From NCBI RefSeq assembly GCF_006345805.1, contig NW_021835754.1:1-64000 (forward strand): a DNA stretch of 64,000 nucleotides, in the 5' to 3' direction. Positions 1 through 11,721 of this stretch are shown one piece after another (position 1 is the stretch's first letter; every line of letters begins with the position of its first letter). A model generated the notes under the pieces. The model saw only the letters and a program-made list of their open reading frames with translations. It had not been told where the DNA came from and ran no database searches. Made by a program: the position numbers and the translations under genes. The stretch is from Octopus sinensis (Eukaryota).

Positions 1-168
1 CATATATACATACATACACACATATGTATGTATATATGTATGTTGGGTGGGTTATTTAATTTTCGCCACTTGTAAGTTGTTTTTCCTAGTGATATAAACT
101 GCCGTTCGCACGATGCTTCCAAATGAACAGATCTGATGTTCCAGGACCCGTGGATCGTCTTTGTGACG

Positions 169-650
169 TCATGGTGGGGTTTTTTCCGAATTGTAAACCA
201 AGACACCGTAGAGCAATTGATTCGGGAGCCTGAAACTATGGGGCTGACGATATGACCGTGTCATCCAGTATAGTAGTTGATGAGAAAAGCTTCCAAATTG
301 AGATAGTCCATCTTTTCCGGTACTTCTGTGTCGGGTGTAAAAAATGTTCAGATGATGTTTAATATATGACTGAAACACTTTTAGCTGGTACCCGGTTCCT
401 GATTAAGCAACATTTAACAGAGAAATATGGATGCAAGTATCATAGACGCAAGTCCTTAGCGGAAAGTTTGAAGTCCCTGTCTGACCATACTTGTTTCTTC
501 AGTGTCCCAAATGTCATTAAAGCCTTCTCAATCCTTTAATTGATCCCAGGATCGAGGGGTTCAAACCTGGAAACAGAACTGCTACCAATATACACAAAAG
601 AACCCATTACCTGACCGCTGGTATCTTGGATAAATACATTTGATTTCAAA
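169..650 (-). pseudogene. RTE-clade (BovB-like) LINE reverse transcriptase, C-terminal remnant
   Basis: Minus-strand translation with stops gives QVMGSFVYIGS...RIEKALMTFGTLKKQVWSDRDFKLSAK and LLYWMTRSYRQPHSFRLPNQLLYGVL. These resemble the RTE motifs FTYLGS, RIAKASAAFGRL and RLPKQLLYGEL. Confidence 0.75.
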
Positions 651-652
651 TA

Positions 653-1533
653 CAGGGAGTTTGGGCTACATTTGACAACTTTTTATGTCACTTTTTTCTG
701 GGAACAGCTGGACGTACTGGTATCAGTCAACGGCGTTGGAGAGCCTAAAGATAAAAGTTGTAGTTGAGAAAAAGTTTATTGACATGAATACGAGATAAGA
801 GTTGCCTACATTATGATGATTCGCGCCGAGTATCAAAATGCGGACATCATGACTGCTGTTCAATGCTCTGTGAGCATTGTAAAGGCTGTAAGATGCGACA
901 TGGACAGCTGCGACGGAGAGGACTACGAAGCCGTAGTCGGCAGGAAGAGACATAGCAGGCGCTCTGACTGCGTCCACATGCTGGAAATCATCCAATAACT
1001 GATTGGCTGAGCCTTAAGCTCAATTCAGAAAACCATGTGAAACTGCTAAAGACTGTAGCAAAACCCTGACTGGAGAGGGTTGCTGCTAGAAGGCCATACG
1101 TGTAGGAGCAGGGTTCGTCTCCTTGCCATAGACTCCAGAAAGGGTCAGAAGTGGTTGTCGGAAAATCTCTATAACTTCACCAGACCTAATTTCTGGTCTC
1201 TTAATTCCTCCAATTGTAATTCCTTGGTTTATTATGTGCGGGACGCAGTTGAGAAAAACACCAATTGCTCTGTCTGCAACTCCAAGACTGAGCTGGTGGT
1301 CAAGATTAAGATGATGTTCGAAGATCTTCCAAGCGACACAATGAGAAATGCATGCGCCAGAGACGTCTTGAGGTCGTAGCGGAAGCTGAGGACGGCTACT
1401 TTGAGTGAACTGTTATCTTCCAGCCATAACCCAGTTGACATTTTTTGACATTTTAAAATACTTTATTTTTGGATGGAATATCATGTTTTCTTTCCGCTTT
1501 ATACAGACTGTCAAATTAAGACTGAGGACCCTG
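653..1533 (+). mobile_element. Internally deleted Tc1/mariner element, DD37D (maT)-like
   Basis: Imperfect TIRs CAGGGAGTTTGGGCTACATTTGAC (653) and GTCAAATTAAGACTGAGGACCCTG (ends 1533), with TA on both sides. ORF 1080-1379 QKWLSENLYNFTRPNFWSLNSSNCNSLVYYVRDAVE matches the WPPNSPDCNPLDYYVWG region. Homologous to 37680-39129 and 52170-53029. Confidence 0.85.
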
Positions 1534-1535
1534 TA

Positions 1536-1870
1536 CGTTCCCGTAATAACTAAACAAATTTTTTTAGTCTACTTTGGTTTATTGTAAGTTCCAAAACAGG
1601 AGATGCACTGGAGAAGAATTTCGTTATTTTCAGAATATCTTGTTCTGAGTGAGCCATAAGTTCACTCTCTTCAGCAGATAATAAATTGAAAACCAATATC
1701 ACCTGTCAAGATCCAAAGTTATGATTCAAATAGCAAAAGACGTTATGCGTTTAATATAGAAATATCTGGTTTCCCTGATCTTAGAAAGTTCCGATTATAT
1801 TAATAGTTTCATAAAATCCCATTTAATAACAAAATATATTCCAGTGTTCAAGAGACAGTAATTAATTGGT
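1536..1870 (-). pseudogene. Upstream part of the same RTE LINE RT, separated by the mariner insertion
   Basis: Minus strand reads FNLLSAEESELMAHSEQDILKITKFFSSASPVLELTINQ, aligning to RTE LLFADDCALAAHSEEDLQRLMDRFS...GLTI. It continues into 650 across the TA site. Confidence 0.7.
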
Positions 1871-2084
1871 TCAAAAGACACTCATGAATTAGTTTAGGAG
1901 ACATTAATTAGCTTAGTTCGGTTTGTGGGGGAAAATATGAAAAAGCAATGAAAAATTTGATAAACGTGAAAGACTCTTTGTGATAATCGTGTTTAATCAA
2001 CATCAAGCAGCAAGACTTTGTTCTTTTTACACCTTACACAAATACACGTGTGTATGTGTATGTGTGTGTGTGTGTGTGTGTTCA

Positions 2085-2290
2085 ACATGTAAAACTGCGA
2101 ATCCGGGCACTTTCTTTTCTCTCTCTCTCTTCGTTTTACCTCTCACCATGTTTTCTTTCTTCATTTTTTCTCTAGAAGAGCGTAGGCTTGAAACGTCAAA
2201 GATTCTTCCGTTTTTCCCGAGTGTCAAGCTAATACAACTTGTTTGTTGTTCTCTCATCTGTCTCTGTCTCTTTCTTTTTTTTTCGTACAG
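2085..2290 (+). mobile_element. Penelope-like element terminal-repeat remnant with hammerhead-like motif
   Basis: GAAGAGCGTAGGCTTGAAACGTCAAAGA at about 2175-2202; homologous to 22570-22770. Confidence 0.5.
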
Positions 2291-2821
2291 TCTAAACATC
2301 AGCAATGATTTTCTCACTGGTAATGCTTTCCCTGATGTATTGCACAATGTAATTCTTTTTTCCATATATATTGCATTCATATTCGAGGCTCCAATGAAGC
2401 TATAGGATGTTATTCAAGCACTCAACTTCGAGTCCACTGCATGTTATAGCTAAAACACCGCTTTTCCTGTGTAATCCCTTTTTCTTATATTGTATATACG
2501 AAAAGTTCCTGACTTTGAGTAAAAGAAAATACAGGAGAGTCAGTCAATTATGATTTTATGCAACATATTCCTGTATCAGATTCACACACTTATTGCAACG
2601 GTCCTTCAGTTTTTCTAAGCCCTGTAAAAGAACTCGGACGTTTGAACCGTCATCATGGCCTTTCGCGATACCCTTACAGCCAGGAACTTTTCAGGACCCC
2701 CTCGTATACATACATATATATATCAGCAGCAAAAATATTCAGAAGCGAATATTTATATAAATATTAATATTATTATTATTGAAGGCAATACAAATAGTTG
2801 ATAATAACAACAATATTAATA

Positions 2822-3191
2822 TGGATGGTGGAAGCACTCCGTCGGTTACGACGACGAGGGTTCCGGTTGGTCCGAATCAACGGAACAGCCTGCTCGTGAA
2901 ATTAACGTGTAAGTGGCTGAGCACTCCACAGACACGTGTACCCTTAACGTAGTTCTCGGGGATAGACAAAGCCGGCCCTTTGAAATACAGGTACAACAGA
3001 AACAGGAAGTAAGAGTGAGAGAAAGTTGTGGTGAAAGAGTACAGCAGGGATCACCACCATCCCCTGCCGGAGCCTCGTGGAGCTTTAGGTGTTTTCGCTC
3101 AATAAACACTCACAACGCCCGGTCTGGGAATCGAAACCGCGATCCTATGACCGCGAGTCCGCTGCCCTAACCACTGGGCCATTGCGCCTCC
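2822..3191 (-). mobile_element. SINE family B (tRNA-derived head), full length
   Basis: Reverse complement starts GGAGGCGCAATGGCCCAGTGG (A box) ... GTTTCGATTCC (B box). Near-identical to 12563-12946, 15431-15816 and 43731-44129. Imperfect TSD AATATTAATAT/AATATTGATAT. Confidence 0.9.
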
Positions 3192-3589
3192 TAATATTGA
3201 TATAGGTGGTTGCAGGCCTAAATCAGCATTATATAGCCATAGAATTAGTACTTTTTACACTGAGGCTATCCGCATTTTGGCGCTAAGCAATTAAGGACGC
3301 CAGCAGATTTCAACGTGGCGGATTGAGATGGCGTTTTCAAAGGGTTAAGATGTGCTGAACAAGGTAGGATTTCTGTATCAAACCAGAAACCGGTTCACAT
3401 ATATAATTGTACCATTTAAGATATAGCTTTATGCTATATAGGTATGTGAGAGATTTTTTCCTGATCCGCTTGCTCGTATACGGTTGAATCTGTTATTTTC
3501 AGTGTAAATTTTTGGGTGGTCCAAATGAGGGTTTTAACTCTCATTTCTAGCGGGTAGACACCTTAATGTATCCTTATGTTAAATATATC

Positions 3590-3620
<31 letters not shown>

Positions 3621-3629
<9 letters not shown>

Positions 3630-3653
3630 CTGAGAATGTGTGTCTGTCTGTCC

Positions 3654-3691
<38 letters not shown>

Positions 3692-3935
3692 ATGTATGTC
3701 TGTGTGTTTCCCTAATACTTGAGAACTACACAACCAATTTCATTCAAATTTTACACATGCCTTACTTAGGGTCTATGTAGTTTCATGAGCAAAAAAAATG
3801 TTCAACTTCTTGCCTAGAGCGAGCCCATAGCAATATCATATCTTCTCCACTATTTCAGTATTACGTATTAAAAGTGAAACAAAAACATTTCTCTATTTTA
3901 TGTCAGATGCTTTCACTTTAACAATAAAAATAATA
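3621..3935 (+). mobile_element. Probable non-autonomous Helitron/DINE-like element; right end uncertain
   Basis: Start in a TA tract, (GTCT)n block, then AACCAATTTCATTCAAATTTTACAC, a layout like DINE/Helitron-N elements. No clear CTAG end seen. Confidence 0.4.
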
Positions 3936-4639
3936 ATAACAATTGAATTATATGTAGTAAGTAATAATTAAAATCAAACTAAAGTATAATATAATCGTAA
4001 CATAACAAAAGTAAAAATAGCAATTGGTATAAAATTGCATCAATGACTTGAACTTGAATAAGTGGTTTCACATGAATGGGAATAAATTAAAAATAAAATC
4101 AGCGTGCAGAAATGGAATAGTCCAGATGGATAATAAAAAATTAAATTAAAGAAAAGACTATTGTCTATAAAGTATACAATGTAGAGAAAAAAGATTTAAA
4201 CACCTGGAGGAAAGCACCATCGAAAAGTGTCTTGGTGCGACTATGAAAGATATCTAAACAGAAGCAGTAAATTCGCCACAATAGAAGGTTCGAGTCAACG
4301 GAGCGTGCAAGGGAGTACTCGAACTTGCAAAGTGCAAATATTTTATTTTTACCTTTATATCTGGGACGTAGGTCGTCCCGGAACCATGTGGTTGGTAAGC
4401 AAGCTACTTACCATACAGCCACTCCTGCGCCTATACATATAAAAATAAGTAAAAAGGATGCTGCATTACCTCTGGATATCCTTGTTGCTTATTATGATTT
4501 TGATCACCTTACTTTGAAATTGTATGGATAATACCGTACTAAATTCTGATGCCTCAGCTTAAGTATCATATTCATCTGAGTCTAATTTTTTGCTGAACTC
4601 ATCTACCATACCCAAATTATATATATATATATATACATA

Positions 4640-4810
4640 TAATCAATCCAAACATGAACAAGCAAGAAAAAACAATAGCACGAGGACGTGGAAGAAGTAC
4701 AGTGTTATTGAACGGAAAGAAAAGAGAGAGGATTTCACGTTTCGAGCGGAGCTCTTCATCAGAAATATAGGAAAAAGTTCTGTCTAAGACAGGAGAGTGC
4801 AAGACAAGGA
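4640..4810 (-). mobile_element. Penelope-like element remnant with hammerhead-like motif
   Basis: Minus strand ATTTCTGATGAAGAGCTCCGCTCGAAACGTGAAAT (4732-4766); homologous to 45975-46190. Confidence 0.55.
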
Positions 4811-6489
4811 GGTACGTGTGGGTATGTGCGTGCGCGCAAGTCTCTGTGTGTGTGTGTGTGTATAATGATAGCACCTGTATGTGGGTGAGTGTGTGTGTGT
4901 GTGCGCGTGTGTGTGTGAGGCTGTGGCTGTTTATGTATGTGTATGGTTGGGCTTAGTGTCACTTAAGGTCAAAGGAAGAATTTATAGTAAGAATTTTTAT
5001 AGGAGTGGCTGTCTCTTGTCTGTCTCTATAATATATGTATATATGTATATATATATATATATATAGTTAGGGAGAGTAAATCATTAGAAGAACATGCTTC
5101 TAGTGAGTTAGGATCCCAGAAAGACAGGGTCTCACTGAAGAATTCTCCCTGAGCAAATAAATTATCTTTATTGCTGAAAAGAAAGAAACTGCAGTCTGAG
5201 AATTACCGGTTTAGTAAATGTTTTTATCTTCATTTCACTTAATTTATCAAGCTTCTGTATTCCTAGCACATATTTCGCCTTAATGTACTGATATATGAAA
5301 AATATATGGCTTGTGTTAGTAATACCAGCGATTATAATTATTTTTATTTTATCGCATTTGATTTTGTTTTTATATATATATAGATATATATATATATATA
5401 TATATATATATCTGACAGCGCCCCCGCATCAGGTTCGTTCCGATTCGTCGTTTCGATCCACTTCTTGGTCCCCTTTTTTTATATTAATATTATTATATTG
5501 AAGATGCTACTCTCTCTCTCCCTTTGCTTTAACCTCTTCAATCTTTCTCCCTCCCCCTCCTCCTCTCTCTTCGCCGCGTGTCCCCCTCCTCCTTCCCTCT
5601 TCCTTGCCTATAAAACAAATTCCTTTACACGTGGTTACCACTATTGAAAGACTGCCTCCACGCCTTGCTACTAACTACACTTTCGTCCTTGCCAGCAAAA
5701 GGCTTCTTCGTTCGTCCCCTTGTGTGGTTAATTTCCTGTATAGTATTATTCTTGTTATTTTCTCGTTTTGTAACTAATTGGTACTTTTTGTACATGTATT
5801 TTATTTTGGCAGTTTTATTGTTTGGTCTATGCCAGAAAAAAGGCTTTTTCGTTCGTCCTCTTGTGTTTGTTTTTTTTACATGTATTTTAATTTTGCAGTC
5901 TTATTGTTACGTCGTCTTGTTTGTGTTCGTACTCATTGTGCCCCGCTGCTTGAAATTTTATTTTAATTCTCTCGCAGGAAGGCCTATTGGATTAGTGTTT
6001 CTGTTTATGCCTTCGAAACATGCCTGACTCCTCTAGCGACAGCTGATGACGGGGTTTTGTCCTTGTGTAACCTGTCCTGTATTTGGTTTTCGTTTTCCGT
6101 TTTCTTGTTTTTTGTTTTTTCTGTTTCTACGTCTTATTGTGATGTCCTGTACTTCCGTATAATTATTTATATATGCATGTATATATACATGTAGATGTAG
6201 GTACGTACATATATGTTTGTATGTATGCATATATTTTTTTTATCTCTATATATATATTATATATTATATAGCAATTAAGGACAACTACTTAATAAGGAAA
6301 ACTTAACAAGAAATTGTCAGGTAGATAGCGTAAAAACCTCATAGAGAAAAAATTTCGAAAATAATTATTTCTTATTGAACATATTAATTTATATATAGAG
6401 GGCCCCTCTATATATAATTATATATATATATATATATTTATATAATATATATATATAATATAATATAATATAAATACTATATAAAAATA

Positions 6490-6744
6490 TGCATATATAC
6501 ATACATATATGTGCATACCTACATATATATGTATATATACATGCATATATGGCTACAGGGCATCAAGAAACGTTGAACACAATGAGAAACGAAAACATAA
6601 AAGCAAAAACATAGAAACGACCTTTTTTTCGAACAACGAAAAACAAGAAGAAAAACGAGACATACAACATGAAGAATATTCTCCTTCTTCAGTTGTTCCT
6701 GTCTCAACTACTCCACTTTTCGAAGGCAATATATATATATATAT

Positions 6745-6810
<66 letters not shown>

Positions 6811-6950
6811 TGTGTGTGTATGTAAAAAAACACAAACTGGGACAAGAACGCAAAACATTTAGAAGACGATACCAAAAACACGGACGGGACATTCGAAGCC
6901 TTCAATCTTCAGTCAAGAACCGGATCATCCTCGCAATTTCGGCTGATATA
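6490..6950. repeat. Interspersed repeat (probably PLE-derived) interrupted by (TG)n
   Basis: Segment AAACTGGGACAAGAACGCAAAACATTTAGAAGACGATA recurs as reverse complement near 35325-35375 and more diverged near 40985-41030. Confidence 0.45.
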
Positions 6951-7295
6951 TATATATAAAGAGAGAGAAGGATGGAATGAGAGAGTGGGGGATGTGCACT
7001 CGATGCTAATCCATGAAGGTCCATGAAGAGACAGGATGTGGTTTGTATTTTGTCTAAAATCAGTTTCTATGTTTGACGTTTAAGAAATATTATCAAAAGT
7101 TGGAACGCCATTTGAAACGTTCTTTCAATTCCTTTGTGGATTTTTTTCATTGACTGGATTTTCTTATTTATTTAGCGTAATAATAGTAGCCCTTAAGGTC
7201 ATCAACACTCATTCATTAAATGTGATTTTTTGTCTCTGGTGTTATTTTAGTGGAAACTTATGTCTGGGGCACTAATTGTTTTTCTAATGAACATA

Positions 7296-7450
7296 GGCGC
7301 AGGAGTGGCTGTGTGGTAAGTAGCTTGCTAACCAACCACATGGTTCAGTCCCACTGCGTGGCATCTTGGGCAAGTGTCTTCTGCTATAGCCCCGGGCCGA
7401 CCAATGCCTTGTGAGTGGATTTGGTAGACGGAAACAGAAAGAAGCCCGTC

Positions 7451-7485
<35 letters not shown>

Positions 7486-7884
7486 GGCACAGGAGTGGCT
7501 GTGTGGTAAGTAGCTTGCTTACCAACCACATGGTTCCGGGTTCAGTCCCACTGCACATCACCTTGGGCAAGTGTCTTCTGCTATAGCCCCGGGCCGACCA
7601 ATGCCTTGTGAGTGGATTTAGTAGACGGAAACTGAAAGAAGCCCGTCGTATATTTGTATATATATATATGTATGTATGTGTATATGTTTGTCCCTCCAAC
7701 ATTGCTTGACAACCGATGCTGGTGTGTTTACGTCCCCGTCACTTAGCGGTTCGGCAAAAGAGACCGATAGAATAAGTACTGGGCTTACAAAGAATAAGTC
7801 CCGGGGTCGGTTTGCTCGACTAAAGGCGGTGCTCCGGCATGGCCGCAGTCAAATGTCTGAAACAAGTAAAAGAGTAAAAGAGTA
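7296..7884 (+). mobile_element. SINE family A: 5' half copy (7296-7452) followed by a full copy (7486-7884)
   Basis: GGCGCAGGAGTGGCTGTGTGG (A box) ... GGTTCAGTCCC (B box), central (TA)/(TG) tract, 3' end CAGTCAAATG...GAAACAAGTAAAAGAG. More than 12 copies in the window. Confidence 0.9.
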
Positions 7885-7919
7885 TTGGCGAAATGAACCT
7901 TTCCGGATTTGTGTTGCAT

Positions 7920-8649
7920 GTGAGGGGGGGCGGCAGTAAGAGCATGGCTGTGATGTGTGTGTGTGTGGGGGGGGAGTATGTTTGTTGCTTGCGTGTATAT
8001 GTCTGTGTGTTTCTTGTGTGTATGTGTGTGCACGCATGTGTTTATGTGTGCAGGCATGTGTGTATGTGTGAGCGTATGTGTGCGTGTGTTTGTGTGTGTT
8101 TGAACGTATGTGTGTGTTTATGTGCGCCAGTGTGTGCATATATAAGTGTTTGTATGTGTGATTCTGTGTGTGTGTGTGTGTGCGTGTGTGTGTGCGTGTG
8201 TGTGTGTGTCTTTATTACTAATGAGAGATAGCCATCTATTATATTTGTTTTCTATTGTTATTCTCCTCCTTAGGGAGAACGATAGAGAGAGAGAGAGAGA
8301 GGAGAGCGGAGAGAGAGAGAGAGGAGGAGGAGGAGGAGAGTGGAGTGCGGAGAGAGAGAGAGAGGAGGAGGAGAGCGGAGAGACGGAGAGGGGAGATGAA
8401 GAAAGCGACAAGGAGGCGGCGGAGAGACGGAGAGGGTGAATCAAAATGAAAGGCATACAACAGAGAGAAGCATCAAACATGGAGATAACGGAAAGGGGGA
8501 GTGTGTGTGTGTTTGCGTGCGTGCGTGTGTGTGTGTGTGTATTTGTGTGTCTGTGTGTGTGTATTTGTGTGTGTGTGTGTGTATTTGTGTGTGTGTATTT
8601 GTGTGTGTGTGTGTGTGTATTTGTGTGTGTGTGTATTTGTATGTGTGTA

Positions 8650-8701
<52 letters not shown>

Positions 8702-8906
8702 CGTGAGTGTGATGGTTAGCGATACTTGTACGTGCTGTTTCCACGTCAATTGTGGTTATATATTTACAGCTGCGTAGAAATAATTATACACGAGCACGCA
8801 CTATACGCACAGGCATACACACGCACATAGGCGTAATTTAAATATGCGTATATAAATATGAGCTTGCGTGTATGTACAGACAAATGGAGAGATAGGCAGA
8901 CAGGCG

Positions 8907-8937
<31 letters not shown>

Positions 8938-8990
8938 TTAAATATACAAAGCTATCTATCTATCTATGTTTCTATCTATCTATCTTTCTG

Positions 8991-9059
<69 letters not shown>

Positions 9060-9097
9060 GTTTCTATCTACCTACCTACCTACCTACCTACCTATCA

Positions 9098-9156
<59 letters not shown>

Positions 9157-9292
9157 GATCTATCGATCTATCTATTTATCAATATAGATCGATAGATAGA
9201 TCGACAGAGAGAGATATAGATAGAGAGACAGATAGAGACACAGACAGACAGATAAATAGATAGATAGATTGATAGGTAGGTAGATAGATAGG

Positions 9293-9344
<52 letters not shown>

Positions 9345-9377
9345 CAGATAGAGAGACAGACAGATAGAGAGACAGAC

Positions 9378-9448
<71 letters not shown>

Positions 9449-9554
9449 ATAGGAGAGCATGAATAATAAGCTGTAATAACTAAAGAAATTATTTTCCTTA
9501 TACAAAGGTCAATTATATCCTGCTATTTACGTGTATGTGTGCGTGTGTGCGTGC

Positions 9555-9591
<37 letters not shown>

Positions 9592-9620
9592 GTGTGTGTG
9601 TGTGTGTGTGTGTAGCTATA
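7920..9620. repeat. Compound microsatellite field (TG)n, (GA/GGA)n, (ATCT)n then (AGAT)n
   Basis: Direct inspection; explains ORFs 7785-9505. Confidence 0.95.
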
Positions 9621-10052
9621 TATAGAGAGGTCAGTCCTCACACATCTCCATTAATATATATACACGTCAGTTTATGAAGAATGACGGGTTTTGAGAGGTT
9701 GTATACAAATATAATGTGCTTGCCAACACAGCAACACATCTCTCATTCACTCACTCACTCTCTCTTTCTCTCTTCATATATATATATACACACACATATA
9801 TATATATATGACCTCCCCATAACCACCGTCGCACTCCCACTTCCCCTTTCTCTCCCACTCTTCCCGTTTCTCTCCTACTCCTCTGTACCTCACTACCTGC
9901 GCATTTCCCTAAACCAAATAACTCTCGGCTATTATTGTGTCTCAATCTATTGAAACGAAGCGGTTTGTATCATCTGTGGCAAAGACATTGTATCACACAC
10001 ACACATAATATATATGTATGTAGGGTTGTGTGTATATGTGTGTGCGTGTGTG

Positions 10053-10115
<63 letters not shown>

Positions 10116-10116
10116 A

Positions 10117-10500
10117 TACTCTTTTACTTGTTTCAGTTATTTGACTGCGGCCATACTGGAGCACCGCCTTTAATCGAGCAACTCGACCCCGGGACTTATT
10201 CTTTTGTAAGCCCAGTACGGTCTCTTTTGCCGAACCGCTAAGTGACGGGGACGTGAACACACCAGCATCGGTTGTCAAGCAATGCTAGGGGGACAAACAC
10301 AAACGCACAAACACACACACGCATATATATACATATATACGACGGGCTTCTTTCAGTTTCCGTCTACCAAATCCACTCACAAGGCTTTGGTCGGCCCGAG
10401 ACTATAATAGAAGGCACTTGCCCAAGGTGCCACGCAGTGGGACTGAACCCGGAACCATGTGGTTAGTAAACAAGCTACTTACCACACAGTCACTCCTACG

Positions 10501-10502
<2 letters not shown>
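10117..10502 (-). mobile_element. SINE family A
   Basis: Reverse complement of the family A sequence, full length. Confidence 0.9.
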
Positions 10503-10545
<43 letters not shown>

Positions 10546-10548
10546 ATA

Positions 10549-10624
<76 letters not shown>

Positions 10625-10677
10625 TATATATGTATTCATATCCTACATATACTTATGTATACATGGTAATAATAATA

Positions 10678-10764
10678 GTGCCTGATGCACCCTTATTGTG
10701 ACGGTTAGTCATGAATGGGCTTCGTATATTTGTCCCTTTGATGGCATGCATTGCTCTCACATCC
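10678..10764 (+). mobile_element. Diverged 3' stub of the 560-bp (AAT)n-associated element
   Basis: Matches the last ~100 bp of 10790-11349 (GGGCTTCGTATATT...TTTGATGGCATG...CTCTCAC), followed by an AAT/AAC tract. Confidence 0.7.
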
Positions 10765-10789
10765 AATAACAACAACAATATTAATAAAT

Positions 10790-11349
10790 GCCCTGATGCA
10801 GTACCAGGCAGTGGCTCTCATGGCTTCTGATCTTAACTGACTGGAAGTGTCATCATGTACATTGTTTTGTCTTGGTATAAAAGATGGGCTAAAGTAAATA
10901 TTCTGCTCAATGCCACAGATTTGCTTGTCAGTTGTTTGACCTTAACCAGTTGAGCATGTCCCTTAGTGGCTGACGGTATGTGCATCTCTGATCACGAGCA
11001 GAAGTAGTGGGGGAGCATCATAGCCATGTGTTGAGAAGGATTCTTTGGGGTTTGAATAATTCACCTCTGGAAATATGGGTGTTTTGTTCATCGCCCTTGA
11101 ACAACCCTTATTCAGGGACCTTTTGAACAGGATGAGCTACTCGATTTGAAGAAAATTCTCAATGGACCCCCACCTGTAAGGTCATGCGCTGTTTATCTTG
11201 ATATGATATGAGATCACCATGTCATGCACATATGGTTGTGATGCATGTGGCTGGTGTACCCTTATCAGACGGGTAGTCATGATGGGTATTTTGGGCTTCG
11301 TATATTTTACTCCAGTGTCACTTTGATGGCATGAACTGCTCTCTCACTC
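10790..11349 (+). mobile_element. 560-bp non-coding interspersed element inserted in (AAT)n
   Basis: Highly similar to 61621-62174, with the same 5' start (AAAT|GCCCTGATGCAGTACC) and 3' end (CTCTCTCACTC|AATAAT). Truncated copies keep only the right end, which sets the orientation. Confidence 0.8.
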
Positions 11350-11511
<162 letters not shown>

Positions 11512-11691
11512 CGTTTCTTTATTGTCCACGAAGGCCGAACACAAACAAATAGGGACAATACAAGACTGGAGTAAATAATAAAATAATAATGACAGTTAAC
11601 AATACGATTAAACAATAAAAACTCCCCAAAAGGAGAAGTTCCTCACGGGGACAACTGAGGAACCCAACACATTCTGATTATCCCGACCGCC
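11512..11691 (-). mobile_element. 3' UTR stub of a Tx1/L1-like LINE with (ATT)n tail
   Basis: Homologous to 62391-62570. Reverse complement ends ...GGACAATAAAGAAACG(ATT)n. The clade assignment is inferred. Confidence 0.55.
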
Positions 11692-11721
11692 ATAATAATG
11701 ACGACGACGACGACAATGATG

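Noticed and set aside
5960-6060. Hammerhead-like pieces GAAGGC...GCCTTCGAAACATG and CTGATGACGGGG
   Set aside because: Core elements are not in a workable order or pairing; at best a heavily decayed PLE remnant.
10790-10900. HDV-like ribozyme at the 5' end of the 560-bp element, and at 11722 of the Dong copy
   Set aside because: Hairpins exist, but I could not place a P1-P2-P3-P1.1-P4 pseudoknot by eye; it needs a descriptor search.
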